Origin: an uncultured Bdellovibrionales bacterium
Lineage (GTDB): Bacteria > Bdellovibrionota_C > UBA2361 > SZUA-149
Length of the DNA stretch: 58,523 nt
Direction of reading: 5' to 3'
Assembly: GCA_965366815.1 (NCBI GenBank)
Contig: CBDUGV010000004.1
Span: 1 to 58,523, forward strand
Shown here piece after piece: positions 27,875 to 37,985 of the stretch (position 1 is its first letter; every line of letters starts with the position of its first letter). The notes beneath the pieces are model-generated. The model saw only the letters and a program-made list of their open reading frames with translations, did no database searches and had not been told where the DNA came from. Both the position numbers and the translations under genes were made by a program.

Positions 27875-28567
27875 ATGGCAAACAGTTCTTCCGCGGTTAA
27901 GCGAAAGCGTAAAGATTCGAGCAGTATGCAAATGCTTGGCCGTCGAGATCCTATGCGACTCCCCCGTCGCCGATCTGCTGAACTATCGAATGAAGAAATT
28001 CAACGAGAATTGACATGCGATCGAGAGCAGCTCGTATTGAGAAATCCGCTCCGTGGAGAACCGCTCGATTGCCTACTTGAGCGATTGCAATACCCTGAGG
28101 AGCGCATTCGCTGTCTTGCCGCTGAAGCACTTGGCGGAGTAGGCCCAAAAGCGTGCTGTGCGATCCCCGCCCTAATTAGTTGTCTCGAAGATTCGTCTCG
28201 AAAAGTTCGTTACTATACAGCCCAAGCACTAGGCAATATCGGTACTCACGGAGACCTCAGCGCACCAGCCTTAGTTCGCCTCATCGATAGAGAAACTGAC
28301 TTAAGTCATGGGAGCCCAGCCAAAGCGGCAATTCTTTCCCTGGCCAAGCTCGCCCACCACAAGCCGTATCATGTGATGACACTGCTTTGGAAGGAAGCTT
28401 CGCAAACTCTACCGATTGCAAGAATTGCGGCGATTAAATGTCTTTACTTGATTGGAACCCAATCACCGAAGCTACTAGAAGAGTCACTCGAGCGCGCATC
28501 GAGAAGCAAAATACAGAGTCTGCATCAAACTGCGGCAATCCTAAGAGAGAAACTGGGGACCAACTAA
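27875..28567 (+). CDS. HEAT-repeat (PBS-lyase-like) protein
   Basis: IRCLAAEALGGVG, ALISCLEDSSRKVRYYTAQALGNIG, AKAAILSLAKL. Start uncertain (ORF track 27800). Confidence 0.75.
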   Translation: MANSSSAVKRKRKDSSSMQMLGRRDPMRLPRRRSAELSNEEIQRELTCDREQLVLRNPLRGEPLDCLLERLQYPEERIRCLAAEALGGVGPKACCAIPALISCLEDSSRKVRYYTAQALGNIGTHGDLSAPALVRLIDRETDLSHGSPAKAAILSLAKLAHHKPYHVMTLLWKEASQTLPIARIAAIKCLYLIGTQSPKLLEESLERASRSKIQSLHQTAAILREKLGTN

Positions 28568-28586
28568 CAGCCCCGCTTCTATTCCG

Positions 28587-29288
28587 CTAATTTTCGATTA
28601 TTATCTCGACTCGGCGATTTCGAGCCCTTCCGGCGTCACTGTTGTTAGTCGCAATGGGCGCGCCTTCCCCGTATCCGGTTACCGTTATCTGACCGCGAGG
28701 CACCCCTCGACTCGCTAATTTCTGAGACACGGCGCGAGCCCGTCGAAGTGAGAGTTGCTTGTTGTACATCACCGTTCCAACAGAATCAGTATGCCCTTCA
28801 ACTGAAATAGGACGGTCTTTCACTGTACGGACTACATCAATGATTTCGTCTAGGGTTCTATGCGCTTCAGGCGTGAGACGAGCGCGATCAAACTGAAAGA
28901 GAATATCCGGTAAATTGATTACCACACCGCGATCGGACGTTCGAGCTTCGGCACCGCGCTTGCGGAGTTCCTCAATCAAGCGGCGATTCTCATCAAGCAA
29001 TCTTTGGTTCTGACCGACTCGATCCTCGAGCTGCTTGTTTTCCTTGTCGAGCCGATCAAGTTGATTTCCAGCTAGTGCACCACCAAGCGCGCCGATGCCG
29101 GCGCCAATTGCAACTCCAGCACCCGAACGACCAGTTTGATTACCGATGATAGCCCCACTTCCAGCCCCAACCGCTGCTCCGGCCAAAGCTCCAGCCGCAG
29201 TCTTGTTAATACCCTCCGCACACCCAGAGACGGCGAGTAAGAACACCACACATACTATCCCAATTATTTTTCCCTGCACTGCTTTCAT
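28587..29288 (-). CDS. OmpA-family lipoprotein with glycine zipper and coiled coil
   Basis: Lipobox VSGC, AGALAGAAVGAGSGAIIG zipper, OmpA C-domain ILFQFD, EGHTDSVG, N.QLS.RRA, RARNRRVEI. Confidence 0.9.
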   Translation of the reverse strand: MKAVQGKIIGIVCVVFLLAVSGCAEGINKTAAGALAGAAVGAGSGAIIGNQTGRSGAGVAIGAGIGALGGALAGNQLDRLDKENKQLEDRVGQNQRLLDENRRLIEELRKRGAEARTSDRGVVINLPDILFQFDRARLTPEAHRTLDEIIDVVRTVKDRPISVEGHTDSVGTVMYNKQLSLRRARAVSQKLASRGVPRGQITVTGYGEGAPIATNNSDAGRARNRRVEIIIEN

Positions 29289-29306
29289 CGTACTGCTGTT
29301 CCCGTT

Positions 29307-30593
29307 CTAGTACGCCGTTCCCAACATTATCATGCTCAGTTCTTCTTGCGCGGCCTCGTTGTCAGGATCTAGCTCAAGCGCCTTGTTAAATTCGTGCTGC
29401 GCATCTTGGGTTCGGCCGATATTGACATACACTTTTCCAACTTCGACGTAATATTCTGGCTGTTCTGGACAGAGTCGAATTGCTCGTCTGAAATAGAATA
29501 GCCGGTCTGCATCAGAACTAGACTTAAGCCCACGAGTGGCTTCCTTCGCAGCTTCTCCACAAGGACCGTCGTGAGGCACTGCCTCGGCAAGTTCTTGCGT
29601 CAGCGTATCGTGCTGCGGTGCATCTTGAACTATCGCCGTTGTAGAATCATTGCTTTTCTCGCCAGCACTTCTAGGCTCCGGAACATCCAATACGTTGTCC
29701 TCTTCTGCTTCATCGTCAACCACGCTAATCACTTTCTTAGCTGGAGGAAGCGTTTCGGCCTCAGGCAAGTGTTTAACTACATTCTTAGGCTCAGGAGGTG
29801 TTGCTGGAAGCGGTTTAATAGCAGGTCTGTCAACTGTCTTGGCCGAAGGAATGGTAATAGTCGGCTCCGGCAGCGTTGCCTTTGGCAGCCCACGCGTCTC
29901 CATCTCCGCAATAGCTTCCGACGGAAGCACCGGTGCTGGTGGTTCGACTGGCAGCGCTGCGAGTCTCCGTGGTTCAGAATCTACATCAACAGATGGAGTC
30001 GTGACCCGTGGAGTAGTGACCCTTGGAGTAGTGACCGGTGGAGTAAGGTCGAGATCTTCAACTCGAACTCGTTCTCCTCTCGCGAATCGGCCCCGCCCAG
30101 CGGCTCCGGTTTTCGCGGCCATATCCTCTGCTTCAGGAATAACTACTGGCGCTGAGCCATCCCAGGATCGAGCTTGGCGATTGCCACGCCGACCGAGACT
30201 CGGCTGATTAAAACCCGATATCTCGAAACTACCGTCCCCAACACTTTGTCGCAGTTCTTCAATCTGCCGACCTTGCTGATTAATGATTTCATCTTGTCGA
30301 GCAACAGTCTCTTCTTGTTCCTTGAGCTTGTCCTCTTGCCCCTGAAGCGCCATACCAATTCCAGCACCAGTTGCAGCGCCCGCGGCGGTGCCGAGAAACA
30401 AGCCCTCGCCTCCGTTGCCGGTCGTTGACCCTATCGCCAAACCGAGGCTCGCACCAACAACAGCTCCAGCTATAGCGCCGACGCCGGTGGTACTAAGTTT
30501 AGGTTCTGACCCCTCAGGCTGCGGCCCCCAGATTTTGGCGCAACCGGAAAGAAGAATAAGTAGAGCGAGTAAGAAATGTCGCAGGAGTGACAT
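29307..30593 (-). CDS. Glycine-zipper lipoprotein with Pro-rich linker and C-terminal TPR
   Basis: Lipobox LSGC, GVGAIAGAVVGASLG zipper, coiled coil, Pro/Thr-rich stalk, FRRAIRLCPEQPEYY...FNKALELDPDN. Confidence 0.8.
   Translation of the reverse strand: MSLLRHFLLALLILLSGCAKIWGPQPEGSEPKLSTTGVGAIAGAVVGASLGLAIGSTTGNGGEGLFLGTAAGAATGAGIGMALQGQEDKLKEQEETVARQDEIINQQGRQIEELRQSVGDGSFEISGFNQPSLGRRGNRQARSWDGSAPVVIPEAEDMAAKTGAAGRGRFARGERVRVEDLDLTPPVTTPRVTTPRVTTPSVDVDSEPRRLAALPVEPPAPVLPSEAIAEMETRGLPKATLPEPTITIPSAKTVDRPAIKPLPATPPEPKNVVKHLPEAETLPPAKKVISVVDDEAEEDNVLDVPEPRSAGEKSNDSTTAIVQDAPQHDTLTQELAEAVPHDGPCGEAAKEATRGLKSSSDADRLFYFRRAIRLCPEQPEYYVEVGKVYVNIGRTQDAQHEFNKALELDPDNEAAQEELSMIMLGTAY
30001..30045. repeat. 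3 x 15-bp coding tandem repeat (VTTPR-like units)
   Basis: gtgacccgtggagta gtgacccttggagta gtgaccggtggagta. Confidence 0.9.
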
Positions 30594-30785
30594 CTGAATT
30601 ACCTCATATGTCCCATATCACCGGAACGATTTCCGGTTAGACTTGCAGAGTAGCGTTAATATTCTTTTGGAAGCCGTTTATCGACCGCCCTCGGAAAAAG
30701 AGTACAATATGTAGTACGGTCGCGCCATAGGAAAATGGAGCTGTGGTCGGCAAAAAGAACCAATTTATAGTGATTTATCCGCTTC

Positions 30786-31151
30786 TTAGTAGCGTCGATA
30801 GAGATCGTCGTATCTCTGCTGGCGGCGAAGGTCTTCGATTTCTCTTTGTTGGCGTTTCAATTGCTGCCGCTGTCGATATCGATCTTCCTCGAGGCGCTCT
30901 CGCTCCAAATCTTGAGCATCGAGCTGAGTTCCGACCAAGGCACCGCTGAGCAGACCCACTCCGCCTCCAAATGCAGCCCCTAGTCCGGCTTTTCCAACCT
31001 GAGAACCAATAAGCGCTCCTGTTCCAACACCCAGGACCCCTCCTGCCCCCGTACCGATGGCGGCGTTACTCAGTGGTCGATTTGTCGCTGCGCTGCATGC
31101 AGCAAGGCAGCTCACAACCAATATGCCAAGACTTACTCGAACCAGCTTCAT
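30786..31151 (-). CDS. Small glycine-zipper lipoprotein
   Basis: Lipobox LAAC, IGTGAGGVLGVGTGALIG...GAAFGGGVGLLSGALVG, then a Gln/Arg coiled coil. Confidence 0.8.
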   Translation of the reverse strand: MKLVRVSLGILVVSCLAACSAATNRPLSNAAIGTGAGGVLGVGTGALIGSQVGKAGLGAAFGGGVGLLSGALVGTQLDAQDLERERLEEDRYRQRQQLKRQQREIEDLRRQQRYDDLYRRY

Positions 31152-31622
31152 AGATTTTCTCTAATGTTTTTAAACCTTTACAACAAAGGAGCCCAATTGT
31201 CCTTTGCAAAGTTATGCGTTGAATCAGTAGAAACGTAGCCTTGAAACCATTCAAAGGTGGACCCTGCGGCCTGCCGCTGGAACCAGGAATTTTGGTGATT
31301 TCACTCGCTACTCCCCCGTTGATCTACGTTGACTCCGCAACCTGAAGCGATACCGGCAGCAAGACCTTGCAAAACGTTGTCGCAGACGGGACTTCAGACC
31401 CAGCTTATGGCACTATCAGAACATTTTTTCTTTCAACATACCGGGTAGAAGTATCCTACTTGGTCTTGAGTAGAGAGCCATTCTGCGCAGGGCCAGTAGC
31501 GTGCCAAGGTTCTTGTGAATGAACGAACTCGTTCCTTCGCAAGTCATCACCTACCGTTTTGGTTCTGCACCAATACCCCCCACTTATTTAGTTCACTCTC
31601 GCATTCCGAATCGGAGGTGTTT

Positions 31623-32405
31623 ATGTTTAACAAGGCAACAACCTTGGTTGTGATTACCACTGCGATCCTTGTGCTGGCGCTTAGTGCCAAACCGGAGTTG
31701 AGGCATCAGCTCGTCGAGCCAAGCGACCCGATCGCCGCTCTCGAAAGTGTCGGTGTCGACGTTGAGGTCTATTCCCATGGGACGAAACTCACGTTCACCG
31801 AGTCGAGTCAATTGCTCCATCTCGAGAATCTCGTAGAACTCGAAGAACTGAAACGACTCGAGCAAGGAGACGAGGAGGGGATTGCACTCGATGTCCGAGT
31901 CCACGTTTCGGCCCTTGACGATCAAGCGCTGGAATCGCTGACCGAACTCGACTTGCAAAGCCTGCACTCACTGCGTGTCTTTTCAATTGATGCCGCCGAT
32001 GAGTGGCTCCTTCAGGCGCAGGAGCAACTGCCTTCACTGCAGTTCTCGAAGCAACAACTGGAACGATTTGTCGAGAAGCACCGACTCGCAAAGCTTGAAG
32101 CTCTCGAACTTCGGGGAGTTTCCATCCCAAAGGAGATTCTTGAGCTATTGCCCGATTTGGCGCTACGACGAATCGACCTCGCACTGAGCGAGGTCGACGA
32201 CCAGGCCCTTGAGGCCTGCGCGAGACCGGTCCAGTTCAAAGAGCTGGGTCTATCGGGGACGAGGGTTACAGATGAAAGTATGAAGTCTGTTGCCAAGATG
32301 CTTGGGCTGGAACATATCGAAGCTCAAGCAACGAAGGTAACATGGTATGGGGCAAATTCTGCGAAAGAAGAAAACCCCACTCTACAGACTCAACAGGTCT
32401 TATAA
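31623..32405 (+). CDS. Exported leucine-rich-repeat-like protein
   Basis: GGAGGTG RBS, N-terminal hydrophobic helix, LxxLxL units (LEALELRG, LRRIDLALSEVDD, KELGLSGTRVTD). Confidence 0.7.
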   Translation: MFNKATTLVVITTAILVLALSAKPELRHQLVEPSDPIAALESVGVDVEVYSHGTKLTFTESSQLLHLENLVELEELKRLEQGDEEGIALDVRVHVSALDDQALESLTELDLQSLHSLRVFSIDAADEWLLQAQEQLPSLQFSKQQLERFVEKHRLAKLEALELRGVSIPKEILELLPDLALRRIDLALSEVDDQALEACARPVQFKELGLSGTRVTDESMKSVAKMLGLEHIEAQATKVTWYGANSAKEENPTLQTQQVL

Positions 32406-32465
32406 TCTGCCCTCCGTTTCAGATCACAACCAACACCCTATGAGCCAGGTTAGCGCACGCTACTT

Positions 32466-32490
32466 GGCTCAGCAGACGTTCTGCTGAGCT
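32466..32490. terminator. Hairpin at the lspA stop, between convergent genes
   Basis: gctcagcaga-cgt-tctgctgagc, 10-bp perfect stem; no immediate U tract. Confidence 0.4.
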
Positions 32491-33004
32491 ACACTGCTAT
32501 TTTTTCGAGCTTTGCCTCAGAATCCGATTCTTTCTCAGGCTGTTTTTCAAACAGCAATCGAATTACCAAAACCACCACTCCAACCGAAATCGCCGAATCG
32601 GCAATATTGAATGCTGGCCAATGATAGGTGCCGTAATACACATCCAGAAAATCGACTACGGCATCAAAGCGAAAGCGATCAATAATATTGCCGAGCGCTC
32701 CGCCGAGAATCGCCGATAACGCGAGCTGCGAGACGAGGTCTCCCTTGGCGTCTTTTAGGATAAAGCGAAACACCACAAGCAGCGCCAGAAGTGAGACCAC
32801 AATCAGCACAGTGCGACGCCAGACATCTGGTAAGCCGCTGAACATCCCGAAGGCAGCTCCAGGGTTATAGACCAGAGTGAAATTAAAATTGGAGAAGACT
32901 GGCACCGGTTGACCTTCAACCAGCATCGATCGAGCTACGATCTTGCTGACCTGGTCACTGATGAGCACAACAAAAAATAGAATCCAACAAGAAACGGTTT
33001 TCAC
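32489..33004 (-). CDS. lspA: Lipoprotein signal peptidase II
   Basis: DQVSK, YNPGAAFG, GALGNIIDR, VVDFLD, WPAFNIADSAI. Confidence 0.97.
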   Translation of the reverse strand: MKTVSCWILFFVVLISDQVSKIVARSMLVEGQPVPVFSNFNFTLVYNPGAAFGMFSGLPDVWRRTVLIVVSLLALLVVFRFILKDAKGDLVSQLALSAILGGALGNIIDRFRFDAVVDFLDVYYGTYHWPAFNIADSAISVGVVVLVIRLLFEKQPEKESDSEAKLEKIAV

Positions 33005-33020
33005 AACGATACTACAACCT

Positions 33021-36000
33021 CTAACCCTGCATTCGCGTTAAACTAATAATGACAGTCTTGCCGTCGATCTCTTGGGCCGCTGGCAAATGAACTGAACTCC
33101 CTTGCATACCCAGTTCACCTTCTTCGCGAACCGGCTCCAAGTCTACCGCAAGTGTTTCAAGCATCACATATTCGCGATGCTCACCGAGTGCGGTCGAAAG
33201 ACGTGGACATGCAGTCATGTATTTCACAATAATGCGGTCGGTCACTTCAAAACCGAATTCTTTACGAAGTTTTTGTACGCGATTCACAAAATCTCTAGCA
33301 AGTCCTTCGAGGCGGAGTTCTTGAGTCAGATGAGTGTCCAAGACCACAGTAACCTGTCCCGAAGAAGCTGCTGCTCGAATTCCCTCGACTGGCTTGCGAT
33401 CGATTAGAATATCCTTAGCGCCAATTGTCACGTCGTCATGCTGCAAAGTGGCACCACGTTCAATTTCCCGAATGCGTTCGGTAGTGAGCGCCTGCACTTG
33501 CTTATGGAGTGCTTGCATACCATCGCGACCCAGTTTCGGACCGAGCACCTTGCCCAAGCGACGCGTGTTGAGCTTCGCGGTGAGTGTGACAAACTGCTCT
33601 TCGTCTGACACGTACTCAATTTCCTTCACATTGAGCTCGTCAGTAATATACCCATCGAGCAACTTCAGATTCTCCAGCTCTGTCTCTGAAGGATATACAA
33701 CCGTGAGTTTTTGCACTGGCTGGCGAATTTTAAGACCATGCTCATTGCGCAATCCACGCGCCAACAATATCACCTCTTCAAATAATTCCATCGCCTGCTC
33801 GAGATCGGAGTCAATTTCTAGACCCTCGAGCTCTTTCAGTGTTGGGAACGGACAAAGGTGTACGCTGTCTCGATTGATAACTCCTTTGGAGAGGTTTCGA
33901 AAAATCTCTTCACTTATAAATGGGGCAAGTGGAGCCAGCACACGTACGAATGTTAGCAACGAGCGGTGAAGTGTTGCATATGCATGCATCTTGTCTTCGA
34001 CTTCGCCTGGTTTGTTTCCTACCCAAAAGCGACGACGATTCAAGCGGATGTACCAGTTCGTCAGCTGGTCAACGAATTCGAGAATAGGTTGAGCTGCCGA
34101 ATACAGGTGATACGAACCCAACGCCGTATCAACTCCTTCCACGAGTGAGGCAACTTTAGACAAAATCCAGCGATCAAGGACGTTCGGCGACTTCTCATCG
34201 CTAAGCTGCTCTGGTGTCCAATTGTCAACGGTCGCATAGGTGACGAAGAAGTTGTAGGCATTCCAAAGCGGTAACAGTGTCTGACGCACAACGTCACGCA
34301 CACCAGTATCGCTAAAGCGTAGCTCTTCAGCACGAGTCGCTGCTGAGCTTAGTAAATACAGTCGCAAGGCGTCTGCGCCATACTCGTTCATTACCTTATC
34401 CGGAGGCGGGTAGTTCTGCAGAGACTTTGACATCTTGCGCCCGTCTTCAGCCAAGACGATCCCGTTCACAATCACATTGCGAAACGCGGGCCGACCAAAC
34501 AACGCACTACTCAATGCCAAGAGCGTGTAGAACCAACCGCGGGTCTGATCGAGCCCTTCGGCAATAAAGTCCGCCGGGAAATTCTGTTCAAACTCTTCTT
34601 TATTCTCAAACGGGTAGTGATTTTGCGCATAGGGCATTGCACCGCTTTCAAACCAGCAATCCAGCACCTGCGGGATTCTCTTCATCGTGCCATTGCAACT
34701 TTCGCAAGCGAACGTCAGGGGATCAACGAAATGGCTATGAAGGTCGTTCACCTGCTGGCCCGTCTTCTCTTCCAATTCAGCTACTGACCCCAAACAGCAA
34801 CTTGCATCACAACTATCGCAGCGCCAAATTGGAATCGGTGTGCCCCAAAATCGGTTTCGTGAAATCGCCCAGTCTCGAGCATTTTCCAACCACTTGCCAA
34901 AACGACCATCACGAACATGGGCAGGCACCCAATGAATCTGAGAGTTGCCATGCAGCATCAAGTCCTTTACCGACTCAACTTGCACAAACCAACTTGCCAC
35001 GGATCGATAGATCAACGGTGTATCTGTGCGATAGCAAAACGGATAGCTGTGCTCGATCGTCTTATGGGCTACGAGTAAGCCGTTCTCTTTCAACGCTGCC
35101 GTTATCTTCGAATCGGCATCTTTGATGTACATGCCGGCAAAATCGCTCACGGGCTCTTCAAAGACCCCGTCTTCATCCAAAGGATCGACCGGCGTAATTC
35201 CATTGGCTAAGAACAAGTTCAAATCGTCTTCACCAAAAGACGCCATATGCACAATCCCAGTTCCCTGTTCGGTCGAAACGAACTCACCCGGATAGACTTT
35301 GAACGCATTTTCAGCGCGCTGCTCTTCATAGTATGGAAAGAATGGAGTATATTCTTTGCCGACCAGCTGCGATCCCACACATTCTCCTGCTATCGAAACA
35401 CCTTCTGCCGAACCAGCCTTGCCATTCTGCTTGGCATCTTCGGCTAACTCAGGAAAATGTTCGGCGAGAAGTTCTTTCGCGACAATCGCTATTTCTTTAT
35501 CTGGAACCACGACCGCGACATATGCAATGTCCACCCCAACTGCCAAAGCGAGATTACTCGGTAAAGTCCAGGGAGTCGTCGTCCAAACGTAGGCGTGAAT
35601 CGGAAGGTCCGGTAGGCCGCTGAGGCCTAACACTTCATTGGGTGTGCCGTGGAGCTTGGCTCGAACAGTAACTGAAGGATCTTGTACATCCTTGTAATTC
35701 TGATTTGCCTCAAAGTTACTCAGTGGAGTGTTGATCGCCGGGGAATACGCGACATTCTTGAAGCTCTCGTAGAGCAAACCTCGATCCCAGAGACTCTTAA
35801 GCGCCCACCAAATAGTCTCCATGAACTCCTTGTCCATGGTCCTATAGGGAGTCTCAAAATCGACCCAACGACCTGATCGCACGACAAAACGCTCCCACTC
35901 TTTGGTGTAGCGCAGTACTATCTTTCGACACTCTTCGTTAAAATTATCTATGCCAAACTCGCGAATGGCTTTGGCACCGTGAAGATTCAAATTCTTCTGA

Positions 36001-36320
36001 ATTTCGAACTCAACCGGAACACCGTGACAGTCCCAGCCGAAACGGCGATGCACATGGTAGCCCTTCATCGTAAAGAAGCGGCCCACCACATCCTTTATCG
36101 TTCCAGCAAGCAAATGCCCGTAGTGCGGCAAGCCAGTCGCAAAAGGTGGCCCGTCGTAGAAAACGTAGGTCGGTCGAGGGGATTCCCGTCGTTCGCCATC
36201 CTCAAAGCCATGTGGCGCATGAGTATCCATCGAGCGACGAAACACGTCGTCCTTTTCCCAATAAGCGATTATCTGCTCTTCAACCTCGGGAAGAGAAACG
36301 TCTGAATTAACTTCTTTCAT
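33021..36320 (-). CDS. ileS: Isoleucyl-tRNA synthetase, type 2
   Basis: DGPPFATGLPHYGH, GWDCHGVPVE, WTTTPWTLPSN, RDWAISRNRFWGTPIP, EGLDQTRGWFY, KMSKS; 1099 aa. Confidence 0.97.
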   Translation of the reverse strand: MKEVNSDVSLPEVEEQIIAYWEKDDVFRRSMDTHAPHGFEDGERRESPRPTYVFYDGPPFATGLPHYGHLLAGTIKDVVGRFFTMKGYHVHRRFGWDCHGVPVEFEIQKNLNLHGAKAIREFGIDNFNEECRKIVLRYTKEWERFVVRSGRWVDFETPYRTMDKEFMETIWWALKSLWDRGLLYESFKNVAYSPAINTPLSNFEANQNYKDVQDPSVTVRAKLHGTPNEVLGLSGLPDLPIHAYVWTTTPWTLPSNLALAVGVDIAYVAVVVPDKEIAIVAKELLAEHFPELAEDAKQNGKAGSAEGVSIAGECVGSQLVGKEYTPFFPYYEEQRAENAFKVYPGEFVSTEQGTGIVHMASFGEDDLNLFLANGITPVDPLDEDGVFEEPVSDFAGMYIKDADSKITAALKENGLLVAHKTIEHSYPFCYRTDTPLIYRSVASWFVQVESVKDLMLHGNSQIHWVPAHVRDGRFGKWLENARDWAISRNRFWGTPIPIWRCDSCDASCCLGSVAELEEKTGQQVNDLHSHFVDPLTFACESCNGTMKRIPQVLDCWFESGAMPYAQNHYPFENKEEFEQNFPADFIAEGLDQTRGWFYTLLALSSALFGRPAFRNVIVNGIVLAEDGRKMSKSLQNYPPPDKVMNEYGADALRLYLLSSAATRAEELRFSDTGVRDVVRQTLLPLWNAYNFFVTYATVDNWTPEQLSDEKSPNVLDRWILSKVASLVEGVDTALGSYHLYSAAQPILEFVDQLTNWYIRLNRRRFWVGNKPGEVEDKMHAYATLHRSLLTFVRVLAPLAPFISEEIFRNLSKGVINRDSVHLCPFPTLKELEGLEIDSDLEQAMELFEEVILLARGLRNEHGLKIRQPVQKLTVVYPSETELENLKLLDGYITDELNVKEIEYVSDEEQFVTLTAKLNTRRLGKVLGPKLGRDGMQALHKQVQALTTERIREIERGATLQHDDVTIGAKDILIDRKPVEGIRAAASSGQVTVVLDTHLTQELRLEGLARDFVNRVQKLRKEFGFEVTDRIIVKYMTACPRLSTALGEHREYVMLETLAVDLEPVREEGELGMQGSSVHLPAAQEIDGKTVIISLTRMQG

Positions 36321-36545
36321 GAACCAATTGGTTTCCAGCCTGAATAATTTCTAACACCACACGCTGAAACGTGAGAAAATCGGGAATTCCGTCCTAAGTC
36401 TGGCACCTTACCTACTTTTTAAAAGGCTCACAAGTTTAGCAGATAGCTAGAACCCTGGCGAATGAGAGGTGAACGAGTGATACAGACACAACTCGAAGAA
36501 AGTGGTTAGAAGTCGGCAAATAACGTTCGCCGATCTACCTTGCTC

Positions 36546-37949
36546 TCACTTCACTGAGTCTAATTGAGCCTGATCAGCTTCCTCTGCGCTCGGGCAGAAC
36601 TTGAGCCGTTGAGTGACATCCCCTCCAGCTAAGGCACTTGAATCAATCACCATAACCGCTCCTCCCTGCTGCGCCGCCCAAATCAAGGGAGATGTTACTG
36701 CAGTGCCGAGATGGGTTATAGGGTCGCGAAAGAGTGGTGATTGAGCAATTAGCACCGCGGTAGTCGGTTTTTCAACCTCCGCTGGGATTGGGGGACCCTC
36801 AAACAATTCGGGATTCTCAGCAGCAGCAATCATCTCTGCTTCGCTTGGAACTACCAACAATCCAGGCGCTCGGGTCAAGTCTTGTCGCTTCGGTTCTCGG
36901 CACCAAAAACTCACTCGCTGACCGCGGCCAGCAGAGATAATCGTGGGCATCAGTTGGTCAGACGCTCTCAATGGAAGTAAGCCACCAATTACCGTGAGGA
37001 CTGAACCTGGGCCCAGTGTTAAGGGGACATCGGGTCTCAATCCGCGAACTTTCCAGATGTAGACGTTGCCATCACTCATCGCGATATAGAGATTTTCACC
37101 ATACTCGCTCAGCCAGATTGTTTCGACCTGGCCAGGGAATCTCGCAACTGGCACCTGCCTCCTGCCCCGCTTTTGCTTATCGACTTCGGCATTTTCATCG
37201 CGCAAGCCCAGTTCTCGCTCGGTTCGAAGCAGTCGCCACAGCACGACAACTCCGCCGCGCTCTGCCGCGAAAAACGCTCGTCCTGAGGGGTGAAACCGCA
37301 ATCCAACTACGGGTGAAGTTGCTCCTTGATAGGCCTCGAGGGCTCGATCGTGATCTTCCCCGGCATACCAGCCCTCCTTGAGATTCCAAAGATAGATATC
37401 GCCATTGGCCCGGCCAAAGGCCAGAGACTCACCTCGCGGGTCCCAGGCAAGTGAAAGAATCCGCCCCAGCACCCGAGTCATGCGGGCCACTACATGCCGA
37501 CCAATCAGGTCATAGATTGCAACTGAGGAGAATTGAGCTATGGCTAACCGCTCGCCATCAGCCGACAAGCTCAGCGCGAGAATCGGGCGATTACCTTCAA
37601 GCAGTAGCTCTCGCTCAAATTCCAATTGCCCACTATTCTTAATCGCTCGGAACAAGACCACACGTCCATCCTGCCCCCCCGTAATGGCCTGAGTCCCATC
37701 TGGGCTTACCACGAGAGCGTTCACCGTACCCACATGAGCTGGAAAAGAAAGAAAAGGAGTAATCGGCAGCTGATGCTGGTATACAACCTCTGATGTGGTA
37801 TCTACCGTAAGCGGATGTTGCAGCTTGAGCTGCACAACAGCACCATCTCCTGGGCGGAGCCCAGATTCGCGCACCGTATCCGACTTAGTTAGAAATGCCG
37901 GAGTACAGGCCGAACACAGCAGAAGCAGACAAATTGAATAAAGCCTCAT
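36546..37949 (-). CDS. WD40-repeat lipoprotein
   Basis: Lipobox CSAC, AHVGTVNALVVSPDG..ITGGQDG.V, ILSLAWDPRG..LAFGRANGDIYLWNL. Confidence 0.8.
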   Translation of the reverse strand: MRLYSICLLLLCSACTPAFLTKSDTVRESGLRPGDGAVVQLKLQHPLTVDTTSEVVYQHQLPITPFLSFPAHVGTVNALVVSPDGTQAITGGQDGRVVLFRAIKNSGQLEFERELLLEGNRPILALSLSADGERLAIAQFSSVAIYDLIGRHVVARMTRVLGRILSLAWDPRGESLAFGRANGDIYLWNLKEGWYAGEDHDRALEAYQGATSPVVGLRFHPSGRAFFAAERGGVVVLWRLLRTERELGLRDENAEVDKQKRGRRQVPVARFPGQVETIWLSEYGENLYIAMSDGNVYIWKVRGLRPDVPLTLGPGSVLTVIGGLLPLRASDQLMPTIISAGRGQRVSFWCREPKRQDLTRAPGLLVVPSEAEMIAAAENPELFEGPPIPAEVEKPTTAVLIAQSPLFRDPITHLGTAVTSPLIWAAQQGGAVMVIDSSALAGGDVTQRLKFCPSAEEADQAQLDSVK

Positions 37950-37985
37950 ATAATGACAATTTATTTTTGATGTCTTTTATAGTTT

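Noticed and set aside
31241-31275. Resemblance to the c-di-GMP-I riboswitch (aaaccattcaaaggtgg)
   Set aside because: It lacks the GNRA tetraloop, the GGCAAA 5' element and the GACGCAAAGC segment.
36321-36545. T-box leader upstream of ileS
   Set aside because: No T-box consensus or terminator/antiterminator on the minus strand.
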